Positions 30,399-38,242 of a stretch of 64,000 nucleotides of DNA are shown here, in pieces. Position 1 is the stretch's first letter, and every line of letters starts with the position of its first letter. Under the pieces are notes generated by a model. It saw nothing but the letters and a program-made list of their open reading frames with translations. It had not been told where the DNA came from and did not search any database. The position numbers and the translations under genes are program-made. Source of the DNA: an uncultured delta proteobacterium (lineage in GTDB: Bacteria > Desulfobacterota > Binatia > Binatales > Binataceae). The DNA is taken from the NCBI GenBank assembly GCA_963765675.1, contig CAVXXK010000004.1, positions 96,001 to 160,000 on the forward strand. Direction: 5' to 3'.

Positions 30399-30752
30399 CT
30401 AGCGGAAATCCGAATCGGACAAGTCCCGCGAATCCGGCGGCGGAGGGAGCTGAAAATTTTCGCCGATCACCTCGGCCTGCAATGCCAGCACGTCGGCCAG
30501 CTCCATCGCGAGCACGTCTTCGTAAACGATCTTCCGTCCCGCGATCTCTGCCAGCTCTGCGACCAGCGCAAACACCACCGCGTTCGGATCGTCGCCGCCC
30601 GCCGCACGCTGCGCCCGCATCAGATCGCGCCCGTAGCCCTTGCGCACGATAGCCTGCTTGCCGGAGGGCAGCTCGAACGCGTGCGACTCGCCGCCGGCCG
30701 CGTCGCCACTCATTCCGATTACAACACCGTTCACTCGCATTTCTTCGGCCAT
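30399..30752 (-). CDS. Tail assembly chaperone; -1 frameshift product extends to 30286
   Basis: Directly after the tube gene; A-AAT-TTT slippery site; -1 frame gives ELRAMDFAELEYW (GpE'-like). Confidence 0.8.
   Translation of the reverse strand: MAEEMRVNGVVIGMSGDAAGGESHAFELPSGKQAIVRKGYGRDLMRAQRAAGGDDPNAVVFALVAELAEIAGRKIVYEDVLAMELADVLALQAEVIGENFQLPPPPDSRDLSDSDFR
30453..30459 (-). promoter_or_regulatory. Programmed -1 frameshift heptamer AAATTTT
   Basis: X XXY YYZ pattern in the correct phase (GAA AAT TTT CAG). Confidence 0.75.
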
Positions 30753-30791
30753 CGCTCACCTCGCTTGTCGTTGGCGGCCCTGTCGAGCGCC

Positions 30792-31310
30792 TCAGCCGCC
30801 CAGGTTGCTGCGGAAATCGGAAAGCTGATCGACTCCGCCGACCACGTAAAGGTTTGCGAACACGTCGTAAAGATAAATCTGTACGCCCGCGACGTAGAGT
30901 TCCGCGTGATAAATACTCACTGCGGAAGTCGTCTCGACCATCTGATGCTGCTTGAATGCAGGCGCGCCGGCGTCCTTGAACACTCCCGTCATCAGGTAGA
31001 CGACAGGCAATTCGGCGCTGCGCCCCTGGCTCGTATACTGTTCCAGGTTGCCGCGCGTCTGGAACGAATGCGCGGTAAACGGGCTCGCGGCGAAGGTCAG
31101 CGCCTCGGCGTCAAACGACGCCCACTTGATCTTCGACTCGAGCTTGGCCACTCCTGCCCACAACTCCGCGGTACCGGCCATCCCGAGGCCCTTGTAGTCG
31201 ATCATCTTGTGCTTGGGATGCGCAATCTGGATTTCCTCAGCGCGGCCGAGCAGACCGACGCCGTCGATATAGATATTCGCATTAGTCAGTGAATTGATCT
31301 GGATATTCAT
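30792..31310 (-). CDS. Major tail tube protein (P2 FII-like)
   Basis: NANIYIDG..LGRAEEI..GLGMAG..DVFANLYVVGGVD; follows sheath. Confidence 0.9.
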   Translation of the reverse strand: MNIQINSLTNANIYIDGVGLLGRAEEIQIAHPKHKMIDYKGLGMAGTAELWAGVAKLESKIKWASFDAEALTFAASPFTAHSFQTRGNLEQYTSQGRSAELPVVYLMTGVFKDAGAPAFKQHQMVETTSAVSIYHAELYVAGVQIYLYDVFANLYVVGGVDQLSDFRSNLGG

Positions 31311-31322
31311 CCGCCGATACTC

Positions 31323-32861
31323 CTACGCGGTCGCGGAGGCGGTCGTGGTTTGCGGGCTGGTCTGACCGAGCTGCGACAGCAGGGTCGAGTCGATATAGCT
31401 CTGGAACGTGAGCCGCTCGGCCGGCGGCGGCGGCATCACGTCGATGTCGAAGACCAACTGCCCGGCGGCGACCTGGTTCGCGGGATTCTCCGCGGGATCG
31501 TAACTGGCCGAGCCCGCGACCAGCGCGCCGCGCTGGATCAGGCTGCGGATGAAGGCGTTGACGCTCGCGAGGATCGCCGTGATCAGCGCGTTCGAGATCG
31601 GCTGGTCGATAAACTGGAGCATCGAGAGCTGAATCGACTCCTCGATCACGTCCATCGTGCGCCGCACGTTGATAAAATTGTCCGGCGCGATGTCGGTCGG
31701 ATACGCCGCCGAGCGATTACCCCATACCCGCAGCCCGGTTCCGTACGCGTTGAACACGGTGACGATCCCTTGCGCGTTCAGGTTGTTCGAGTCCGATAGC
31801 GGATCGAGAATCGAAGAGTAGATGCTTACGTCGGGCCCCAGAATTCCCTCGACCTCGGTATTGGAAGGCGACCACCAATAGCCATTCGAAAGGTCCTTGG
31901 CCGCGATCGCGCCCGCCACCCATTGCGAATACGGTCCGACCGATGTTCCGGAATACGGCGTGGGAATCGGCGTACCGGCGGAAGTCAGCGTCACTCCCGT
32001 CGGCACCAGCCCGGTGTCGGAAAACTGCTGCTGCGGATAGCAAAGGATCACGCGGCTCGACGATGTATCGAACGCGTTACCCGACACGCCCCGATTCGCG
32101 AGCGCCGTGGCTACGGGAGTCGAGGGTGCAGAATCGATCAGCGCCATCGCGCGGATCGTATTCGCCATCACCGCGAGCGCGCTGGCGACGTCCTCGTTCT
32201 GCGCGTAGCCGGGAGCGGCGAGCAGCTTCGCGAAGAAACCCATTGTGCCGTATGTAGTCTGCAGCGCCTGGATACCGGTGTAGACCCCGCTGGTCACCGC
32301 TCCGATTATGTCCGCGTCGAGGACCTTGGTCGGATCGGCGTAATTGAACGAGACGGTTACCGCCTCTCCGGCGGTCAGCGCGCCGCCCGCGAGGGCGGTG
32401 ATAACACCGTTGACGGCATCGAGCGAATAGTCAGTCCCAAGGACGTAGGTCGTCGAGCCCGCCTGGTTCTTTACTACTACCGCGCTGACGCCCATATGTC
32501 CCAGATTCAGCGCCTGGGCGCCGGATGCCGGGAAGCTCATCGCCTGCGCCGTGATCGCGGTGAAGTGGCGCGTCGGGTCGAATACGTTGACGACAATCGC
32601 CTGGCCCGCTCCCTGCTCCTGGATTGCCGCGAGCGCATAGGGAATCGTATATCCCTGGATGAGCGGGCCGAAGTTCGCGGCGTCGAGCGCCGAGCTGACC
32701 AATGTCGGAGAATTAATCGCGGGTGCGACGGAGGGCGCGGCTACCGCCCACGATGGCGCGGTACCGATCAGTCCAATCACGGCGGACTTGACGACGGTGA
32801 CCGGATTCGGCCCAGTAGTAACTTCGATCACTTCGACCCCGTGCAGGAAGCTTGCTGACAT
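31323..32861 (-). CDS. Contractile tail sheath protein
   Basis: FLHGVEVIE, GYWWSPSN, RVWGNRS, FINVRRT and PPPPAERLTF motifs. Confidence 0.93.
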   Translation of the reverse strand: MSASFLHGVEVIEVTTGPNPVTVVKSAVIGLIGTAPSWAVAAPSVAPAINSPTLVSSALDAANFGPLIQGYTIPYALAAIQEQGAGQAIVVNVFDPTRHFTAITAQAMSFPASGAQALNLGHMGVSAVVVKNQAGSTTYVLGTDYSLDAVNGVITALAGGALTAGEAVTVSFNYADPTKVLDADIIGAVTSGVYTGIQALQTTYGTMGFFAKLLAAPGYAQNEDVASALAVMANTIRAMALIDSAPSTPVATALANRGVSGNAFDTSSSRVILCYPQQQFSDTGLVPTGVTLTSAGTPIPTPYSGTSVGPYSQWVAGAIAAKDLSNGYWWSPSNTEVEGILGPDVSIYSSILDPLSDSNNLNAQGIVTVFNAYGTGLRVWGNRSAAYPTDIAPDNFINVRRTMDVIEESIQLSMLQFIDQPISNALITAILASVNAFIRSLIQRGALVAGSASYDPAENPANQVAAGQLVFDIDVMPPPPAERLTFQSYIDSTLLSQLGQTSPQTTTASATA

Positions 32862-32902
32862 GTCCTGTTACCTCGCGCGGGGACGCTGCCCCGCGAATTC
32901 AA

Positions 32903-33724
32903 TTAGTTCGTGGGCACGGTTTCATCGGCCGCCGCGATCACCTGGTCTGCGAAGGTATAGCCGACCTGTACCGTCTCACCGGTGGAGACCGCGCCGCCCG
33001 CGAGCGCGGTAATAATTCCGTTTACCGCGTCGAGTGAGTAATCGGTTCCGAGACTCAACACCGCGCCGCCCGGCGCGGTGACGACCACCGCGGAGAGGTT
33101 GCCGTTGGGGAGCTGGATCGTTCCCGCCGGGCTGAAGGTAAACGGCGCCGGCGCGAGCGTGACCTGGCTCTGCCCGCTTTCTTCCATCGCGACGCCGCGA
33201 ATGAAAAGTGGAAAGTTCGGCGCCGATGACGATTGGACCGCGACCGTCGAGAGCTCGAAAGTGGTTCTATAAATCCACACCCCGCCCTGTTTGTCGCGCT
33301 CGACGAACTTTTCGGATCGCGGATAGATCTGGCGGCATCCGGGGATGCGGAATCCGGTCAGCGCCGCGCGAACCGCTTCGATTACTGAGTATGCGCCGGG
33401 ACTCGGGCCGCTAGGCTCCGCGCCATAGCTCCATCCGAGGTCGCGCATCATGATAGTCACACCGAACTCCATCAACCGTTCCTGGATAATCGCCGACGTG
33501 TCGAGCATCACGCCGTATTTGGAACCAAGATACTGCACCAGCGCGGCGCCGACGCGATGCGTCAGCCGGTAGGACTCGGGCTGATCGGGATAGTGAGCGA
33601 CCTCGATTCCCGCGACCTGCGCCGCAATTTGCGCGACGATAGCAACTTCGATCGTCGCGATATCGATCGCGGTCGGCGCAGTGAAGGTCTCGCCGTTCCA
33701 CGGCGTATCCAGCATCGCAGCCAT
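32903..33724 (-). CDS. Mu gp37-like tail completion protein with extra C-terminal domain
   Basis: YPDQPESYRLTHRVGAALVQYLGS..VRAALTGF; position before sheath. Confidence 0.75.
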   Translation of the reverse strand: MAAMLDTPWNGETFTAPTAIDIATIEVAIVAQIAAQVAGIEVAHYPDQPESYRLTHRVGAALVQYLGSKYGVMLDTSAIIQERLMEFGVTIMMRDLGWSYGAEPSGPSPGAYSVIEAVRAALTGFRIPGCRQIYPRSEKFVERDKQGGVWIYRTTFELSTVAVQSSSAPNFPLFIRGVAMEESGQSQVTLAPAPFTFSPAGTIQLPNGNLSAVVVTAPGGAVLSLGTDYSLDAVNGIITALAGGAVSTGETVQVGYTFADQVIAAADETVPTN

Positions 33725-33727
33725 CGC

Positions 33728-34162
33728 CTAGTACCCCTTGAGCCGGCCGCGGCTGAACACGCGCCGGGGGCCGGTGACCTCTTCGGCCGCGCCCGCGACC
33801 GGAGGCTCGGCGTTGTCGGGCGCAAGGCCGAGTGTCAGCTCGCCCGCGCTGACTTTGGTCAGCATCGCGATCGCGTCGTCGTAGCGGCGCCGCGCGTCCG
33901 CGAGATCGTGCAGCGGCCGCAGCGCCTGCAGCCGGTACATCGCGATATCCGACGCGAGCCGGTTCAGCACCTGCGGCGGATCGCTGAGCGGCAGCGCGAA
34001 ACGCGCCTCGAGGTAGCTGTCGATCTCCGCCGACGCGTCGTCGAGCGCCTGAGTAAGCGAATCGGTGTTGACGGTGGTCGCGGCCGGATCCTCATTGGTG
34101 AGCTGAACCAGATCGCGATTCGGATAGCGATTGATAATGTCCTGTGGCTCCGCGTAACTCAC
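33728..34162 (-). CDS. Mu gp36-like head-tail connector (DUF1320)
   Basis: MSYA..ALDDASAEIDSYL..RFALPL..DIAMYRL..RYDDAI..VFSR. Confidence 0.9.
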   Translation of the reverse strand: MSYAEPQDIINRYPNRDLVQLTNEDPAATTVNTDSLTQALDDASAEIDSYLEARFALPLSDPPQVLNRLASDIAMYRLQALRPLHDLADARRRYDDAIAMLTKVSAGELTLGLAPDNAEPPVAGAAEEVTGPRRVFSRGRLKGY

Positions 34163-34200
34163 GCCCGGATACCTCTGCTTGATGCGTTCGCGTTTGAGCG

Positions 34201-34238
34201 CCCCCGCAGGCTCGGCGCGAGGCCAAGACCTGCGGGGG
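34201..34238 (-). terminator. GC-rich hairpin after the capsid gene (attenuator or stabiliser)
   Basis: CCCCCGCAGG ... CCTGCGGGGG 10-bp stem; no clear U-tract. Confidence 0.4.
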
Positions 34239-34316
34239 TCATGGACGAAGCCAGCGCGGCGGGAGGAGGAATCACCGCGCGGGCGCAGGGAGAATATGCA
34301 GTCAATCGCGTCATGA

Positions 34317-35264
34317 TTACGCCAGATACTCGCTGACGATCAGGTCCGCGCTGTTGCGCCAGATGTTGGTAGTCGCGACGCTTGCGCTTGCGCCGGTGCC
34401 GGCCATGAATTCGGAATTGAGTAATTGGCGAGCGACTTCTTCGAGCGACGGCGGGACGACCAGGAACACTCCTGCGCGGCCCGAGAGCGCTCCGAACGGC
34501 GCGCCGCCGTCGGTGGTGAACGATCGCATCGCGGCCCGGACCGCGCCGTAGTTGGCGGGATTACTCAGATCGGTATTGCTGGCGTATGCGAGCTGCCACA
34601 GCCCGACGCCGGTGTTCGCGCGTCCATCAACACCGTAGCGGAACTCGCGCCGGTTGAAGACCGCTTCGTCCGTCATCGCGCTCATCCGTGTGACCGCGTA
34701 TTCGCGGCGCAGCTGGAAGATAAACGGACGAATCGCGCGCGACGCGTCGACCAGGAACCAGTAATCTCCGGTGCCCGAGGTGTTGATATTGGCCGCCGTG
34801 GTACCGCCCGACTGATTGAGTAGTCCCACGGGATGCGCTGCGGAAAAGAACGGCTGACCGTCATAGCCAGTCACGGCACTGGGAGTAGCCACCGCGGTTT
34901 TGAGCATCGAGAACAGCAGCATGTCGGGATGCATCTTGGTGTCCCAGCCGAGCTGCTCGATGATCGGCTCATAGACGCCGTAGGTATCGTCCTCGATATC
35001 GTTGCGATCGATCGCGACCGTGTCTTCAAAGTTGCGGTTCACGATCGTGTAGGTATGCGCTTCGAGCGCCTGGACGACGCGGTCGCCGAGCCATTCGCGA
35101 AACCTGGTCGTGCGGCCGAGCCACGGATAGGTGGTCTGGCGCGAGCCGGAACGCACCACGCTCGCGATTTGCTCGTAGTAGGAGGGCGGCTTCTCGAATC
35201 CGCGCTGAAAGACCACGTCGAAGCCGGTGAACAATGCGGTCAGATTGGCGGCGCTGATTTCCAT
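34317..35264 (-). CDS. Mu gpT-like major capsid protein
   Basis: YPWLG..REWLGDR..NRNFEDTVAIDRNDIEDD..YDGQPFF..LVVPPSLE. Confidence 0.92.
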   Translation of the reverse strand: MEISAANLTALFTGFDVVFQRGFEKPPSYYEQIASVVRSGSRQTTYPWLGRTTRFREWLGDRVVQALEAHTYTIVNRNFEDTVAIDRNDIEDDTYGVYEPIIEQLGWDTKMHPDMLLFSMLKTAVATPSAVTGYDGQPFFSAAHPVGLLNQSGGTTAANINTSGTGDYWFLVDASRAIRPFIFQLRREYAVTRMSAMTDEAVFNRREFRYGVDGRANTGVGLWQLAYASNTDLSNPANYGAVRAAMRSFTTDGGAPFGALSGRAGVFLVVPPSLEEVARQLLNSEFMAGTGASASVATTNIWRNSADLIVSEYLA

Positions 35265-35295
35265 GATTGCAATTCCTCTTGCGGCTGACGCTCGG

Positions 35296-35778
35296 TTACG
35301 CGGCGGCGGACGCCTGATGCCAGAAATCGACCCACACCTGCCCGCTCGGATCGAGCGCGACCACTTCGCCCGCGGCGGCGTATTGCTGCACGCTCGCGCC
35401 GCTTGCGCGGTCGGTGGCGGTGAGGGTGTGATCGTCGAGCGCGAAGCAGATCGCGCCCAGGTCCGCGATCGTGATCGAGTTGTCCTGGTCGTAGAGGAAC
35501 ACGCCCTTGCGCGCCTTAACCGAGATCGCGCCGGCCGTGCCGGGATTGTTGATCGCGTTCTCTCCGGGAATCCCGTTTACGACGTTCTCGGCGCGTCCGA
35601 CGATCTTGAGCGCGTTGGCGGTCGTAGTGGTGGCCGATGCCGGCACCGCGTAGCCATTGGCGTCGATCGCGAGCATCCCGCCCAGGTACACGTTGGTGTT
35701 CGCTTCGACGCCGAACACGCGCATCCGGCCGTCGTCGGAAAGCTCGGGCGTGTTGCGTGAATTAGTCAATCCAGCCAT
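35296..35778 (-). CDS. Putative capsid decoration/cement protein
   Basis: Between protease and capsid; GYAVPA..G.AE..KGVF..DDHT..VWV. Confidence 0.65.
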   Translation of the reverse strand: MAGLTNSRNTPELSDDGRMRVFGVEANTNVYLGGMLAIDANGYAVPASATTTTANALKIVGRAENVVNGIPGENAINNPGTAGAISVKARKGVFLYDQDNSITIADLGAICFALDDHTLTATDRASGASVQQYAAAGEVVALDPSGQVWVDFWHQASAAA

Positions 35779-35799
35779 GTCTGCACATGCTCCTTGCTG

Positions 35800-36942
35800 T
35801 TAGCGGTCGCCGCCGGGCGAAAGCAGGCTCAGGAAATCCGCGCGTCCGTTTTTGCGCCGGACGAAATCGGCCGCGCTGACGCCCAGTTGCGAGCAGATCG
35901 CGAGCTCGGTCGCGCCGAGCGAGGTGCGTGCCCCGGATGCTCCTGGGGCCATCGGGGGCTCGTTGTCGAAGCCCGATGCCGCACCCAGAATCGCGGGCTG
36001 GCGCGCGACGAAGGAGCTGAAGCCGGCGGGATCGGCGGCGCAGTAGGCTATAGCCCATTCGCGCTGCGCCGGGACGAGCTTGCCGGCGCGCGTCGCTTCG
36101 TCAACCGCCTGCGCGGCGCGGTCGCGCGCGCGTTCCGCGCGCATCGCATTGAGCTCGGTGAGCGCCTTCTGGAACTCCGCGATCGCGACGAAGCGCGCGG
36201 GGTCGAGCACGCGGGTGTTGGCCGCCGCCGCGTCGCCGCCCGCGCCGCTGTCGTCATTGCCGTCGTTGTCATCGTTGTCCCCGGCGAGATCGCGCACGGC
36301 GGCAAGCACCTGCTCAGGCGCCGCGCCGGGATCAAGGCCCAGGATCTCCCGCAGCTTGTTCAGGAACTCTTCCATCATGCTTTCCTCTGGGCTCGCGGCG
36401 TGGGTTGCCGCCGCGGCGATTGCGGTCAGGTAAAGATTTGGATTGTTGGTCAATCCCGCGCGCAGCAGCCGAGTCACGCGGCCGCTTGCCGGATCGAACT
36501 GGAACACCGGCGAGACGTAGCGATACTCGCGCGCGGCGATCGCGGCCGCCGCGCGCGCGGTCCATTCGACGCGGCCCCATACGGCGCCTGCGCGGACCGC
36601 AAACTCGACAATCCATCCGGCTGCGGGCGCAGGCCGTCCCGCGGGAGCGCCGAAGTCGGTCGCGTGGTCGTAGTCGATCGGCAGCCCGGCAGCCATCGCC
36701 AATGCGCGAGACGCAGCAATCACGTCCGCGGCATCTTCGACCCGGAACGGGCCGCGGCCGTCGCGGCCGTTGAAGACTCCCGCCGGCAGAAGCTCGATCC
36801 AGTCGGGCGCCACTGCGTCCTGCCCGCCCGGATTCGCGGGAGCGGCGGGCGCGCCGGCGGTATCGACCGCGGAAGGACGGTTCAGTTTGCCTGCGTCCAA
36901 TCTGCGGTCACCACCGGCGCGTGTCTGGAGGTGTTTGCCCAT
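35800..36942 (-). CDS. Mu gpI-like prohead protease (with internal scaffold)
   Basis: WIELLPAG, GRDGRGP, PIDYDH, YRYVSPVF and AGLTNNPNL motifs. Confidence 0.92.
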   Translation of the reverse strand: MGKHLQTRAGGDRRLDAGKLNRPSAVDTAGAPAAPANPGGQDAVAPDWIELLPAGVFNGRDGRGPFRVEDAADVIAASRALAMAAGLPIDYDHATDFGAPAGRPAPAAGWIVEFAVRAGAVWGRVEWTARAAAAIAAREYRYVSPVFQFDPASGRVTRLLRAGLTNNPNLYLTAIAAAATHAASPEESMMEEFLNKLREILGLDPGAAPEQVLAAVRDLAGDNDDNDGNDDSGAGGDAAAANTRVLDPARFVAIAEFQKALTELNAMRAERARDRAAQAVDEATRAGKLVPAQREWAIAYCAADPAGFSSFVARQPAILGAASGFDNEPPMAPGASGARTSLGATELAICSQLGVSAADFVRRKNGRADFLSLLSPGGDR

Positions 36943-36950
36943 CGAGAGGC

Positions 36951-36994
36951 ATTTTGCGGCGAATCAAAAAAATAAATAAGGCTGAACAGTTCAG
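36951..36994 (-). promoter_or_regulatory. Putative activator-dependent late promoter (head/tail operon)
   Basis: CTGAACTGTTCAGCCTTA-N20-CAAAAT; matches the motif at 50959-51002. Confidence 0.7.
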
Positions 36995-37335
36995 CCATGA
37001 ACAAATCTGGCAAAAACCCGAACGACTGTTAGGGAGAAAAACGAGCGGCTGAAAAAGCCCGCAAAAACGGCGAAGCCGTTGTGGCAGTGGGACTTCCCGA
37101 AGGATGATGGAGCGCCTTTTTCGAGGTGCGCGCGTGCGACCTGGCCAAAATGGACGTGTCAAAATCCTACTTACAAAACCGGTTTTTCGGCATTGCGCCG
37201 GCGTGCAGACGACGCTTCGCGTCGCCCGACGAGCCGTCGGCATCCACTGGCAGAAGCGGGCTCAGAGCCAGTAGGACCGCCGGCCGCGGGGGATGCCCGG
37301 ATGGCTCGATCTGTGTAGTCTGCGGTTCGATCGCG

Positions 37336-38143
37336 ATGAAAAAATCTGATCCGATAATTGAAGTTTCGGGGCTGGTAATCGAGCGCGAGGCCGCGATCCT
37401 GCGCGGTATCGACTGGCGCGTCGACCGCGGGCAGAACTGGGCGATCCTGGGCGCCAATGGCTCGGGAAAAACCTCGATGCTCCGCGCGCTGACCGGATAC
37501 CTGCCGCCGACGCGCGGAACGATCCGCGTCCTGGTCGAGACCTTCGGCCGCTCCGACTGGCGCGAGCTGCGCACCCGGATCGGGATGGTCAGCTCATCGA
37601 TCCAGCAGCTCATGCCGGAGAACGAAACCGCGCTCGACGCCGTGCTCTCAGGCAAATTCGCGATGATCGGCTATTGGGGCGACGCCGCGCCGCGCGACCG
37701 CCGCGCCGCCGCCACGATTCTGCGCCGGGTCGAGGCGCACGCGCTCGCAGAGCGCCCGTGGGGCTATCTGTCGCAGGGTGAGCGCCAGCGCGTGCTGATC
37801 GGGCGCGCGCTGATGGCCGCGCCGCGGCTCCTGATCCTCGACGAACCGTGCGCGGGCCTCGATCCGGTCGCACGCGAGCATTTCCTGCAATTCATCGAGC
37901 GGATGGCGCGGCAGGCGCGCGGCGCCCGCGATGATTCTGGTGACGCATCATGTCGAAGAGATCACGCCCGCATTCTCGCACGTGCTCGTGCTGCGCAAGG
38001 GGCGCGTGCTCGCCGCCGGTCCGCGCGCGCGAGTGCTCAACTCGAAGACGCTGTCCGCGGCCTTCGGCGCTCCGGTGCACCTCGTGCGCAAGGGCCCGCG
38101 CTACGCGCTGACGGTGCATCGCACGGCCTCTCATGTGATGTAG
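37336..38143 (+). CDS. ABC ATP-binding protein (ModF-like), +1 frameshift near 37920
   Basis: GANGSGKT, LSQGE and LILDEP; ILVTHHVEEI continues in the +1 frame. Confidence 0.82.
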
Positions 38144-38242
38144 CTGGATCGCGAAAAGCGAAGGCCCGGATTGCTCCCAGGCCTTTCGCCGTTTCAGTGC
38201 GAATCCGGATCAATCCCGGTGATAAACGCTTAGACCGCCGTG

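Noticed and set aside
23715-33724. Tailocin, eCIS or T6SS interpretation
   Set aside because: Capsid, protease, portal and terminase genes are present with intact motifs; no eCIS ATPase or T6SS membrane complex seen
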